Part shown: in pieces, positions 1 to 12,265 of the stretch | Numbering within the stretch: the first letter of the stretch is position 1 | Layout of the letters: each line of letters starts with the position of its first letter | Assembly (NCBI RefSeq): GCF_963921235.1 | Contig: NC_086109.1 | Location: forward strand, 4,962,001 to 5,026,000 | Source: Mobula hypostoma | Taxonomy: Eukaryota | Direction: 5' to 3' | DNA: 64,000 bases | Program-made: the position numbers and the translations under genes | The notes under the pieces: generated by a model | Seen by the model: only the letters and a program-made list of their open reading frames with translations | What the model was told of the DNA's origin: nothing | Database searches by the model: none

Positions 1-378
1 TAGCCGGAGGATGATTAATTCATTGCCACAGACGACTGTGGAAGTCAAGTCATCATGTATATTTAAAATAGAGATTGGTAAGGGTGTCAAAGGTTATGGG
101 GAGAAGGCAGGGGAATAGGATTGTTTTTTTTTAATTCCTCTCTGTTCCTTGTGGCACACTGGGTGGAAACCTTGATGTTTCTTTAGCACTTTTGTCTTTT
201 TTTTGAGGCTGAATTGCTAGTTCGATGCTCAACCCAGCACGGATGGAAAGCGTGCAAGGAGCCAGCAGGATTCAAACCCGAAGTTCAGTGCTGATGTCAC
301 AATACCACCGGCTGAACAGCATTAGCAGAGCAGATTCAATGGGCTGAAAGGCCTAATTCTGCTCCTATGTCTTATGGT
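1..378 (+). mobile_element. CR1 LINE 3' end interrupted by a minus-strand tRNA-derived SINE (~125-313)
   Basis: CR1-type tail (GGTTATGGGGAGAAGGCAGG...GGCCTAATTCTGCTCCTATGTCTTATGG) recurs throughout the window; the insert resembles copies at 29069, 40264 and 56544. Confidence 0.65.
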
Positions 379-679
379 TACTCTAGGATAAGGATACAGC
401 TCACCGGAGAGGATGCAGATGTTACCAGTGCTGGAGAATTGGTTATAGGGAAAGGCTGCCCAGATTGGACAAGATAAACTGGGCAGAGATTTGATTCAGG
501 CATAAAGAATTGAGAAGGCTAATCAGGTGAGCATAAGGTGCCCACCTTCCGCCACAAAGAGGTTACCATTTCACTGTATGGTTCAACTTTATAAGAGGAA
601 AGATTATTTCACCAAACAAGTGATGTGGATCTGGAACTTGCTGCCTGCAAGGATAGTGTAGACAATTATATTTTTAATA

Positions 680-1062
680 TTTCCCTCACCTTCCCCTCTT
701 CTTTTCCCCACTCTGGCCTCTTACCTCTTCTCATCTACCTATCACCTTTCCCTGGGTCCCCTCCTCCTTCCCTTTCTCCTATGGTCTAATCTCCTTTCCT
801 ATCAGATTCCTTCCGCTCTAATCTTTTATCTTTCCCACCCAACTAGGTTCACCTCTCAGCTTCTAGTTATCATCCTTCCACTTCCTCCCCCACACCTTTT
901 TATTATAGTGTCTTCCCCCTTCCTTTCCAGTCCTGAAGAAGGGTCTCAGATCAAAATGTCGAATGTTTATTCCTTTCCATAGACGCTGCCTGACCTGTTG
1001 AGTTCCTCCAGCATTCTGTGTGTGTTGCTTTGGATTTCCAGCATCTTCAGACTTTCTTCTGT
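680..1062 (+). mobile_element. Penelope-like element terminal fragment with degenerate hammerhead motif
   Basis: Pyrimidine-rich tract followed by CAGTCCTGAAGAAGGGTCTC...GACGCTGCCTGACCTGTTGAGTTCCTCCAGCA; similar sequence follows the GIY-YIG remnants at ~19000 and ~41370. Confidence 0.7.
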
Positions 1063-1854
1063 TCCTGGCATAGACAAAGACCCTCATCACATTTAAACAG
1101 GACATGGATGATCCTCAAAGAACCCTGGTCCATGAACAAGGGAGCTGACAAGCATCTGTGGAGGAGATTGGACAGTTGCCATTTGGTGTGGACCCTGCTC
1201 CTCGCCCACAGAAGTCCGAAGTTAGAAGCTGATGTCTACGAGTCCAGGGCTAAGGACTAGAGGCCCAGGGGTGGCCTGCCCTGGAGTTGAAGGCCTGTCT
1301 AGATGTGTGAGTGGGTGGGGGGAGAGGGGAGGGTGTGAGTGATGGGAAAGGGGTTTGTTTTACTGTCGGTATCTTGTTTTGTTTTGGCTGCTTGTATTGT
1401 TCTGCTGAACATTGTGGGCCAGGAATGTGTGGCAACATTTGTGGGCTGCCCCCAGCACATACTTAGATGTGTTATTGTTAACAGAATCAAAGCATTTCAA
1501 TGTACATGGGATAAATGAATCTGAGTTCCTGCAGCACTTTGTTCATCCACACCACACCCGTTCCTGGGTAGTACTGTCATAATGTATGAATGGCCTATGT
1601 GGTTCTTTTGTGGAGCAGACTCGATGGGCTGAATGGCCTAATTCTGCTCCTGTGTCTTATGATCTTTGATACGAGACCGTCCCACATTCAGCAGATTCCC
1701 TGCTTGTGACAGGACAGGGTCCGCCCGTCCCAGCCTCCGCAGTGCCTCTCCCCGGGTGATCCCGGTTATACCCATCGAAGCTCCGGAAACCTCGGGAGCC
1801 CTTTTACACGCTGAATGGAGAGCTCCGCAGGGTAGAATCGGGCGTGGCTTCATC

Positions 1855-2095
1855 TTCACCAATAGGAGCAATGGGAAAGATATAGGTCCATCTGATTGGC
1901 TGAGGGGAGGGCGCCCGCACCTGTTTGAGGGTGGATTCTGTCAAGGCAACAGGTAAGAGACTCGCTATCTGATTGGTTTGTTGTGAAGAAGGACGAGGAG
2001 CTGATTGGTCTGTTGCAGGTATGTGAAAGCTGATTGGCTGGGATGGAGCGGGCGTATCCAAACCTATAAAGGGAGTGGGAGCGGGGCGGGCGGGA
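1855..2095 (+). promoter_or_regulatory. Pol II promoter of the SARG-family gene: 5 CCAAT boxes, TATA box and GC boxes within a CpG-rich island (~1670-3560)
   Basis: CCAAT at 1859; CTGATTGG (ATTGG at 1895, 1972, 2004, 2033); TATAAA 2065-2070; GGGGCGGGCGGG ~2083-2094. CpG density is far above the rest of the window, and a canonical splice donor follows at 2143. Confidence 0.8.
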
Positions 2096-2142
2096 GAAAG
2101 CGAGAGAGACCGTGTGGTGTGTGCGCGGGGTCGGAGTTGCAG
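2095..2142 (+). other. C1orf116: Putative non-coding exon 1 (5' UTR); start inferred from TATA position
   Basis: Begins ~25-30 nt after TATAAA; ends at a strong donor CAG|GTGAGT (GT at 2143); contains no ATG. Confidence 0.65.
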
Positions 2143-2386
2143 GTGAGTCGCTGAATTAGTGTCGGTAGGGCGCCCAGGCGGTGCAGGTCGGAGGTGGGGG
2201 ATCTCAGTCCCTATTCGAAAAGGGCTGGGGGAGGGATATTGAAATAGGTGAGGAAAAAGGACAGGGTGACAGACTGGAAGCGAGCGAAGACATAGAGGGA
2301 CTGGGACAAACTCGGAGGGGAATCAAAGGTGCGAAGTGTGGGAGGTGAACAGAGGTAGCAGGGGATGTGGGGTGTGGGAGTGAGAC

Positions 2387-2864
2387 GGGGGCAGGAGAGG
2401 GTGCCCGATCGGAACAGGGGCAGGAGAGGTTGCCGGACCGGACAGGGGCAGGGGAGGGTGCCCGATCGGAACAGGGGCAGGAGAGGGTGCCCGATCGGAG
2501 CAGGGGCAGGAGAGGTTGCCGGATCGGACAGGGGCAGGAGAGGGTGCCCGATCGGAGCAGGGGCAGGAGAGGTTGCCGGATCGGACAGGGGCAGGAGAGG
2601 GTGCCCGATCGGAGCAGGGGCAGGAGAGGTTGCCGGATCGGACAGGGGCAGGAGAGGGTGCCCGATCGGAACAGGGGCAGGACAGGGTGCCCGATCGGAA
2701 CAGGTGCAGGAGAGGGTGCCCGATCGGAACAGGGACAGGAGAGGGTTGGTGCCCGATCGGAACAGGGGCAGGAGAGGGTGGGTACCCGATCGGAACAGGG
2801 GCAGGAGAGGGTGCCGAATCGGAACAGGGGCAAGAGAGGTTGCCCGATCGGAACAGGGGCAGGA
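2387..2864. repeat. G-rich minisatellite, 28-29 bp unit (GATCGGAACAGGGGCAGGAGAGGGTGCCC), ~16 copies
   Basis: Tandem units directly visible; explains the repetitive ORFs 2204-2833, 2365-2913, 2367-2981 and 2516-2908. Confidence 0.95.
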
Positions 2865-3620
2865 AGGATTGCGGGAAAGGGTTACGGGGCCAGAATCGCT
2901 GGATCTAAATTGAAGGATTGCGATAGCAAAAGGCGGACCGTCAGGGAACGGAACCAGACTATCCCAAGTAAAGATGGGTGACGATCTGGCGGCTCACCCC
3001 GACCTTCAGACCTTGCGGACCGGGCAGGTTGGGATCCTTGACCTGGTCCCGTCCAGCGGATTGTCGGAGCTGTTAAGGTCTTGCTCAACTGTTTGGACTT
3101 TCTGATGGAGTCTCTCCGAGACTGACATGGGGGTTCCCAGACACGCAGCAGGCTGCGGGATTGAGGGTCGGTAAACTGGTTCCGCGGATAGCCTCGGGTG
3201 TGCGCGATCTGATGGGCGACGGCTTGAGTCAATAGCACCAGACGATGCCCTCTACCAGACCGCCTCCCCACCTGAAATCATCTGTAGTGTACCTGGGGTG
3301 ACGGGCCAGACCGGCCCGGTACATTCCCCTCTTCCCGCCGTCGGTTGCTGCCTTGTCCGCGGAGTGTGTGCTCACGCTGGAAGGCAGGTGTAATAGCGAG
3401 CAGCTCCCAGCAGAAAATCCCACTTGTGCCCGGATAGGTCTTGTTACTACTGACTGAAGGAGGTTTAGGTGCGTTCAGGATTTTTCAAATTAGGGTCAGT
3501 TCGAAAAAGATCCTTCGGCGCAACGTGTTGTTGCCGATCAATGTGTCTGTCAAAGTTGGTCCCATCTGCCTCCGTTTGGCCCAAAATTCCTCTAAAACCT
3601 ATCCATCTACCTGTCCAAAT

Positions 3621-3818
3621 CACAAAAACGAGAAAATCTGCAGATGCTGGAAATCCAAAGTAACACACGCAAAATTGCTGGAGGAACTCAGCAGGTCAGA
3701 CAGCATCAACAATGGAAAAGAGTAAACAATCCACGTTTCGGGCCGAGAACGTCGACCGTTCACTTTTCTTCCCGTAGATGCTGCCTGGCCTGCTGAGTTT
3801 CTCCATAATTGTGTGTGT
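3621..3818. mobile_element. Penelope-derived fold-back mini-element with 13 bp TSD
   Basis: TACCTGTCCAAAT at 3608-3620 and 3819-3831; internal inverted arms. Confidence 0.75.
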
Positions 3819-4637
3819 TACCTGTCCAAATGCCTTTAAAATGTTGTAAATGACCCGCCTCAGTTCTCTAACGACTCGGGTACGCATCGTTTGTGCACCA
3901 CACTCTGCGTGAAAAAATTTCACCTCAGGTCCCTCTTTTAAATCGGATTCATTTCCTTGCTATTTTTCTTTTAAAAATACAATATTTTTGAACTTTGAAT
4001 GTTAAAACCACCGTTAGCTATTCAAAATACTATTTCTGACTGTTGAACAAGAATATACTTCGAGCCTTTTATTAAAATTGCATTGAATTTTGCAATTTCT
4101 CCTTGCGGCCTAGCCTAGTCGACGTTTTGTTTGCGGTGTTTAATGAGCAATTTACTGGGCAAGCTTAAATCTTTAAAAACACATTGTAGGTTTAGTCAAG
4201 AAGAAAGAGGAAGGATTGGGAAGCTGGGATCGATCAGACGGGCGCTTGAGGAACAGAAAGGACGCAGGAAGAGTTGGGGGGGTGGCTAAAACGGACCATG
4301 AAATATCTTTGTCGGCGAGGATAAAGAGGATATCATAGGAGCAGGAAGGTAGAGAAGACAGGAGTAGGTCCAGCCAGGGACAAGGAAGGGCATTCCTGTA
4401 AGGGTGGGGTCCTTAATGAGCATTGATATTCTCCAAGGATCAGAGGTGACATAAGAAAGGACATGCTGGCGTTGGAGATGGTCCAGTGGAGATCTATTAG
4501 AATGATCCTGGGAATGAAAGGGTTAACTCTGAGGCGTGTTGCTGGTTTAAGAAAAACGAGGGGGATCTCATTAAAATCCTCCGAATTTTCGGTTGGCCCT
4601 CCTTGGGTTCTCAGCGCCCAGGAAGGGCCAACCAAAA

Positions 4638-5935
4638 GCCTTGAATGCCTATAGTCCGTGGCCCTGACCTCCTACATCATTTATCATGAAGACCCTAGAA
4701 AGGCTGGTCTTAGCTCACCTCTGACCCCTGGTCAGATCAGCCCCTGATCCACTGCAGTTTGCCTACCAGGAGCACATTGGGGTTAATGGTGCTGTGATGT
4801 GCTTGCTCAGTAGATATCCTATTCCCATTTGGATAAACAGGGCAGCACTGTGAGGACCATATTTTTTTTTGATTTCTCAAGTGCCTTCAATACCATACAA
4901 CCCTCATTGCTGGGGAATGCAGGTTGGCACTTCCATTGAACCCTGGATAATGGGCGCTCTGATTGGCAGACCACGGTTTGTGCAGCATCAGAGCTCTGTG
5001 TTAGACGTGGTTATAAGCAGCACTGGGGCCCCACAGGGAAATGTATTGTCTCCCTTTCTATTTAGTCTGCATACCTTGGACTTTAGATACAACACTGAGT
5101 CATGCCATCCACACAGATTCTCCGATGACTCAGCAATGGTTGAGTGTATAAGGGGAGGATGGGAGGATGAATATAGGGCCCTAGTGGAGGACTTTGTCAA
5201 ATGGTGTAAGCAAAATCATCTGCAACTCAACATTAGTAAGACAAAGGAGATGGTGATGGACTTCAGGAAGACTGATGGTGAGGACGTGGGTGTGTTGAGG
5301 ACCTACAGGTACCTGGGGGTGCACCTGGATGACAGACTTGAGTGGAGCACCAATACAGAGACTGAGTACAAGAAGGGCCAGAGTCACCTCTACTTCCTGA
5401 GGAGAATAAGGTCCTTAAGAGTATGTAGGCCTCGCCTTCACATGTTCTACTAGTCTGCTGTCACCAATGCAATCTTCTATGTGGTGGTGTGCCAAGGTAA
5501 CGGCATCAACACGGGTGATGCCAACAGGCTCCATAAACTGAGTAGGAAGGTAAGCTCTATTATAGGGGTCAAACTGGGCACACTGGAGGCTGTGGTAGAA
5601 CAAAGGACCCTACGGAAAATCCTGGCAATTCTGGACAGTGTTTCTCACCCTGTTCATGCCACCGTGGTTGAAAGGAGGAGCACTTTTAGTAATAGACTAA
5701 GACAACTGTGCTGCTCCAAAGAGCTCTATATGAGGTCATTCTTACCCTCTGCCATTAGGCTCTATAATGAGTCAACCAATAGCCAGGGAAGTGATGACCC
5801 CCTCCCCTGTCCTGTTAGACTGTTCGAGTTAACTTATTTTTTATTCTTACTTTTTTCTCTTCTAATGTTTGCATATCTGTGCATTTGTAATGCAACTGTG
5901 ACACTGTAATTTCCTTTGGGGCCAATAAAGTAGCT
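4638..5935 (+). mobile_element. Rex1/Babar-type LINE, 5'-truncated, decayed reverse transcriptase (RT)
   Basis: Peptides GAPQGNVLSPFLFSLHT, FSDDSA, LQLNISKTKEMVMDFR, YRYLGVHLD, RSFLPSAIRLYN; frameshifts; 3' CAATAAAG tail. Confidence 0.85.
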
Positions 5936-5944
5936 ATCTGTTGA

Positions 5945-7070
5945 AAGCTTGGCTAAGGTGTTTCCAATAGTGGGGGAGTCTAGGACCAGAGAGCACAGCC
6001 TCAGAATAGAGGGGCAGCTGTCTAGAACAAATGAGGAGGGTACTGAATTTGTGGAATTCATTGCAATGGACGGCGGTGGAGGCCAAGTCATTGGGTAGGT
6101 ATACATAAATGATAGGTTCTTGATTAGTTAAGGCATTAAAGGTTTTCTGGAGAAGACAGGAGAATGAGGTTGAGAGGGATAATAAATCAGCCATGATGGA
6201 ATGGTGCAGCAGACTTAATGGGCTGAATGGCCTAATTCTACCCCTCTGTCTTACGGTCATATGTTAATGTTGTGGGGCATGTTGATATGAAAGAGGAGAA
6301 AGTAATGGTGTTGAGTGTTTTGAAAAGTATTAAGTTGGCTAAGTCCCCATGACTTGATGGGACATATCCCCAGATACCAAAGGAACCATTCTTTTGGAAT
6401 TTTTTTAAGAAGTTACATGGAAAGTTGATGAAAAAAAAGGCAGTGGGGGATGTAAATCCATAATTCCTTGAAAGTGGTGTCACACGTAGATGGGGCTGTA
6501 AAGAGAACTTCTGGCATATTGACCTTCCTAAATCAAAGTTTTGAGTACATGAGTTGGGATATTATGTTTAAGTTGTATAAGATGTTGGTGAGCCTAATTT
6601 GGAGTATTGTGTGCATTTCTGACCACCTAACTACAGGAAAGGTACCAACAAGCTTGAATGAACGCAGGGAACATTTACAAGGATGGTGCTAGGATTTGAG
6701 GAACTGAGTTACAGGGAAAGGTTGAATTGGTTAGGACTTTATTCGGGGAATGAGCGGAGATTTGTAGACGTATACAAAATAATGAGGTGTATAGGCAGGG
6801 TAAATACAAGCAGACTTTTTCTACTGAGGTTGGGTGAGACTAGAACTAGAGTTTGTGGGTGAAAGGTGAAATTTTTATGGGAAACATGAAGGGGAGCTTC
6901 TTCACTTAGAGGGTGGTGTGAGTGTGCAATGAGTTGCCAGTAGATGTGGCGAATGTGAGTTCAATTTCAACATTTTAGAGAAATGTAGATAGGTAATTAG
7001 ATGGGAGGTGTATAAAGGACTATGGTCTTGATGCAGGTCGATGGCACTAGACAGAATGATATTTTGGCAA
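5945..7070 (+). mobile_element. Cluster of decayed CR1 LINE 3' fragments
   Basis: KLYKMLV and ESRTR.HSLRI-type peptides; CR1 3' UTR. Confidence 0.7.
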
Positions 7071-10000
7071 GGAATTATACAACTTCAACTCTGGTTGTAG
7101 ATTTATTTAATAGAATTTGAATTGTGGGTGGGGTTTGAGCTCTTCAGTGGTTCTCTGATCCAGAATTGTTCAGTAACACTCTGCCTGAGGGTATGTGATT
7201 AACCAGAGGAATCTAAAGGTGGTGTCTCTGATACTTTACTGATGGTTTTGTGAAATAGAATCTGCAAAATGTGTCATGCACGTGATTGAAATGACTCAAA
7301 GGTTCAAAGTGAATATATTATCAGTGTATGTATATGTCACCATATACTATCTTGTGGTTCATTTTCTTGAAGAGATTCATAGTAGAATGGAGAAATACAG
7401 AGGAATCAATGAAAAACTACACACAGATTCCACTGGACCACTTGCATTTTGTAATGGACAAGACTTGTCAAATGTGAGCCAAACTGAGCTGTTACAACCC
7501 TATTTTGAAGCTCTTTAAGATCCACGCACATTTAATTAAACCCCATCTGTCAGAATTAATTTTTCAGGATGTGGGTGTTGCTGGCAAGGCCAGGAGTTTA
7601 TATTTCAAAATTATACTTCCTTTATAATATGTGCAGTATAAATGTTAACACACTACTTTCTCGACAGTTGTTGCACCGTCAGTCCATAATGTGCTCTTAC
7701 AGTGAGCCAGCACGCAACCTGTATTCCTTAAACAATACACTTAGTGTTTGAGAGGTTGTTGTACAGGGCCCAGATTCTCAGTGTCCAGTGGCTGCAGGAT
7801 CTTAGACTGTCCTCCGGCTGCTTCCCCACAGAGCCTTTGCAATGGTTACACCGGGCTTGGCTGCATCCCTCAGTGTGTACTCCTCCCTCTTAGAATGTGC
7901 CAGCCAGCCATCGGCATTCCCTTGTGGTCATCTCCTTACGCTTCAGGCAAACCAGAATGTGTCTTTCACTGAGCTGATGTGCCGGAAGCCCTTAATGTTG
8001 GTTTATTTGTCTTGCGGTGTGTCCCGGGGAACTACCAATAGAGCAGAGTTCTGTGTATTACAACTGTTTACTATGGACCTCATCAAGGACTATTGATTCA
8101 TAAGGCATAGCAGAATTAACCCTTGCCGCCCATATAGTCTACTCTGCCATTCCATTAAGGCTGATTTATTATCCCTCTCAACCCCATTGACCTGCCTGTA
8201 ACTTGGACAACCTGACTAATCAAGAATTTAATCAACTTTCACTTTAAATATTCCCAATGACCTGGCCTCCACAATTGTGTGTTGCAGTGAATTCCACAGA
8301 TTCACCATCCTCTGTCTTAAGAAATTCCTCCTCATCTCTGTTCTCAATGAACCATCCTTGTATTCTAAGACTGTGCCCTCTGGTCCTAGACTCCCTTGCT
8401 GTGTGAATGTAACTACCAGAGAATGTAGCTACTGGCAGATATGAAGCAGCTTCTTTATTCAACAGAACAAGATACAGCAGGCATAATACAAAAACGATTT
8501 TGGTTAAAGGGTCTGGCCAGCCCAACGTGGGGCTTGATATTTTATGTGCCAAACATCAAAGGACAATTCCATATTTACACAAATTTCACACATCCCAATT
8601 CGCACCCACAAATGTCCAAGTGAATTTTAATCAGCATTGTCTGGTCCGGGATTCAAGGCTTTTTGGAACCCCGCGTTCAGAGCTGCACTCCAAATTAAAC
8701 CCACAATTTGTAGTCAGACCTGAAGACTGAAGTCATTTGCTAAATGTACATGTAAACCCAAAAATCACTCTAATACCCTCACTGTTAGAAATATCCTCTC
8801 CATGTCCATTCTGCCTAGGCCTTTCAATATCAATATGGTTCTATGAGATTCCTCCTCATTTTTCTTAACTCCACCAAATGATCTTCATACATTAGCCCTT
8901 TCATTCCTGGGATCGTTCTCGTGAACCGCCTCTGGACTAGTGCGTCCTTTCTTACATGTGCCCCCACCTCCCGATTTGTGCCTAGACAGAGTGGACGTGG
9001 AGAGGATATTTCCAATAGTGAGAGAGTCTAGGATTAAAAGGCACAGCCTCAGAATACAAGGGTGGTTTCTTCAGTGCAGAGGTGGGGAGGATTTTTCAGC
9101 CAGAGGCGGTGAATCTGTGGAATTAATTTCCAGAGGTGATGGGGGCGGGGCTGGTCATTGGGTATATTTGAAGTGGAAGTTGATAGGTTCTTGATTATTA
9201 AGGGTGTCAAGGTTGCAGGGAGCAGGCAGGAAAATGGGATTGAGAGGGAAAATAAATCAACCATGGGTGTATGTCTTGAGGTGCCTTGTTGGTGGAAGAG
9301 AAGCTATGGGATGGTCAGTAAGTGAGCTATTATCTCCCCAACTCTGACCTGATGAACGGCCATGACAGAATGGTGAATCTGTGGAATTCAGTGCTACGGG
9401 AGGCTGTGGAGGCTAAATTTAAATATTTAAAGAGGTTGATAGATTCTTGATTAGTCGGGGCACATGGAGTTATTAGATTCAACTTTATTGTCATTGTGCC
9501 GAGTGCAGATACAAAGCCAATGAAATGCATTTAGCATCTGACCAGAAATGCAAAGAATAGTGTTATTTACAAAATAAGTGCGAATAAAAAGAAGTACTAC
9601 AGCACACAAATATAAAAGTACTGAGACAGTACAATATGGATGCAATACTGCTTAGCGCTGTGATGAGAGGTTCAGCAGGGTCACAACCTCAGGGAAGAAG
9701 CTCTTCCTGTGCCTGCTGGTGGGGGAACGGAGGCTCCTGTAGCGCCTACCGGATGGAAGGAGAGTAAAAAGTCCACGGTTAGGGTGAGATGTATCCCTGA
9801 TAATGCTGGAGAAGGCATGAGATTGGGGCCGAGAGGAAAGGTAGATTGATGAAATGGTGGAGCAGACTCGATGGGCCAAATGGCCTAATTCTGCTGCTAT
9901 ATCTTATGGTCTTATTTATGTGCTGGTGGTGAGGATGTCGTGATCCTTGTGCCTTTGCATGTCAGGGGAGAATGTTTTAGACTCTGGTTACAGATACCTA

Positions 10001-10204
10001 TTGCCTTGCAATTGTAATGTTATATTACATTAAGATTTATTATCACTGACTGAAATTAAGGGAAAATTGTTTTGTGGCAACAGGACAGTGTAAAGGCATA
10101 AATGTGTCATAAATTGTTTAAAGCAAATGGTGCAACAAGGAATAGCAAGGTAGTGTTCGTGGACTGTGCAGAGATCTGATCTTGGAGGAAACTGCTGGCA
10201 GGAC

Positions 10205-10480
10205 GGTAGCGTAGTGGTTAGCACAGCGCTTTACAGTGCAGGTGACCCAGGTTCCATTCCCGCTGCTGCCTGCAAGGAGTTTGTATGTTCTCTGCATGGG
10301 TTTCCTCCGGGTGCTCTGGTTTCCTTCCACAGTCCAAAGATGTGTCAGCTGGTTGGTGAATTGGTCATTGTAAATTGTCCTGTGATTAGGCTAGTATTAA
10401 ATTGTGGGTTGCTGGCCTGTGTGGCTCGAAGAGCCAGAAGGGCCAATTCCACGCTGTATCTCAATAAATAAATAAATTAA
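10205..10480 (+). mobile_element. tRNA-derived SINE (V-SINE/HE1-like); related copies ~25285-25520, 27010-27245, 42740-43020, 47350-47600, 55255-55540(-), 55690-55890(-), 59390-59545(-)
   Basis: A box GGTAGCGTAGTGG, B-box-like GGTTCCATTCC, core GGGTTTCCTCCGGGTGCTCTGGTTTCCTTCCACAGTCCAAAGA, (TAAA)n tail. Confidence 0.75.
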
Positions 10481-11600
10481 TTAATTAATCCGCAACCGAG
10501 TGGTTCTTTGCTGTTTCTCGCTTTTAATAATTTGGAATGAACTTTCTTGGCTCCTGTACTTGTCTATTGCAATGGTGGCAGTATGATTCGTGTGATTTTT
10601 GATTTTTTTTGGAGGGCTTCAATGTGAGATTTAAATCATTCAGCTTTTCCAAGGATTTGGTGGGAGGTGTGTTCACATCTCACCCACACTGGCAGCTGGT
10701 AAACTCAATACTGTCAATTAAATCTGGAAGAACATGCTTGTGCCGTTAATAGCAACATGTACAAAATGCTGGAGGAACTCAGCAGAGTAGGCAGCATCTT
10801 TGGAAAGGAACAAACAGTTGGCGTTTCAGGCTGTTTCATCAGGACTGCAAAGGAAGGGGAAGGAAGGTGAAGGTGGGGAAGGAGTACACGCTGGCAAGTG
10901 ATAGGTGAGTCCTGATGAGGACGAAGGGAGGTGGATGAAGGATTGGGAACGAAGTGAGAAGCTGGACGTGATAGGTGTGCCATTAATAGCGAGCATTAGC
11001 TGCCCAATTGTCAGGGAAAACAATCTCAGAATTCTCTGTTGCCCTTTAGGATTCTCATCTGGTTAAATTTTAATCCTTTTACAAGCAGCCGAGCTAGCAG
11101 TTGGTTCAATGGTATTTACGGATGGATATAAACCTCAGCCTTGCCAGTCATTCCTGTATTCCAAAAGCTGAAAGTATCAACTACTTGTTGCTGAAGCAGT
11201 CTATCCTGCAGTCCTTGCGTTCATTGCAACGCTTGCCGGCTCTGCTCACTCAAGTCCCTTATGCCGTGATTCCTTTGCTTTGCCAGTACCGTTAATTTCA
11301 CCCATTACTATTTATTATTTATGGTGCAACTGTAACGAAAACCAATTTCCCCCAGGATCAATAAAGTATGACTATGACTATGACTATTTGCACTGGGAGC
11401 TTCCCACTGTTCTCCTTCGTTATCGGAGTGGGACTTTTCAGCCCATGCTCATGATGAAGTTCGCCATGTGGGTGGTTGCTACGTATCTCAATGGATGCCA
11501 ATTAATTTTTTTTACAGGAATTTGTTGGGTGTTAAGACCAAATATAATATTATAAAATAATATCCTTTCTTGTTTGCTAATTACTTCTTCTGATTTACAG

Positions 11601-11707
11601 CCACTGTTGGTTTTTATTTGGCTCTTCCTGATGTGACTCCTTCAAGCAAGCCCAATAACAAGGTCCCAGTGCAATGCCCTAAGTTTCCTGCGACCTGATC
11701 ATCTCTC
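11601..11707 (+). other. C1orf116: 5' UTR portion of exon 2
   Basis: Pyrimidine-rich acceptor TTACTTCTTCTGATTTACAG| ending at 11600; unique sequence leading to the ATG at 11708. Confidence 0.6.
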
Positions 11708-11776
11708 ATGGATTCCATTGCCAGTGTTGGTCATGTCAGGAACTACAATAACAAAACCAGCCACGACCCCAGTTAT
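11708..11776 (+). CDS. C1orf116: SARG/C1orf116-family protein, first coding exon (MDSIASVGHVRNYNNKTSHDPSY)
   Basis: ATG followed by G at +4; 69 nt ending at donor TAT|GTAAGT; phase 0 matches the next exon. A short first coding exon joining to an 'SD..' exon fits the SARG layout as I recall it. Confidence 0.65.
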
Positions 11777-11969
11777 GTAAGTGTTTTGTGTTATGGGGGA
11801 GGAGCTTTGCAGATGAATCGTGTTTGTGAACTGAGGGGGATATTCAGCTGGTGCACCCTTTCAGCGTTTAAGGATAAATTCTGTACATTACTGTGCATAT
11901 TACTGTACAATCTCCAGTCAGATGCAAAGGCTGTAATTTAGTTTCAAGGTAGGTTAGTTTTTAGAGCAA

Positions 11970-12265
11970 TGCACAGAAAATGCTGGAGGAACTCAACAGG
12001 CCAGGCAGCATCTATGAAGAGGAATAAACAGTCAACAGTTTGGACAGAGTCACTTCATCAGGACTGGAAAGGAAGGAGGAAGAAGCCGGATTAAGAGTTA
12101 TTATAGAATAATTATTCTGGCTTCTTCCCCCTTCCATTTCAGTCCTGATGAAAGGTCTTGGTCCGAAATGTCGACTCTTCTTTTCCATAGATGCTGCCCA
12201 ACCTGCTGAGTTCCTCCAGTATTTTGTATGTGTTTCTCTGGATTTTCAGCATCTGTAGAATCTCT
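11970..12265. mobile_element. Penelope-derived inverted-repeat element with two opposed degenerate hammerhead motifs (12029-12066 -, 12140-12177 +)
   Basis: Arms AAAATGCTGGAGGAACTCA.../...TGAGTTCCTCCAGTATTTT; CTGATGA core on both strands. Confidence 0.7.

Noticed and set aside
2204..2981. Four long overlapping ORFs with repetitive peptides; superficially CRISPR-like periodicity
   Set aside because: Products of a tandem minisatellite with no unique spacers; eukaryotic context with no cas genes.
4869..5909. RT-like ORFs as host genes (also 21774-22382, 26162-26590, 52556-54382, 60834-61187)
   Set aside because: Truncated or frameshifted LINE fragments.
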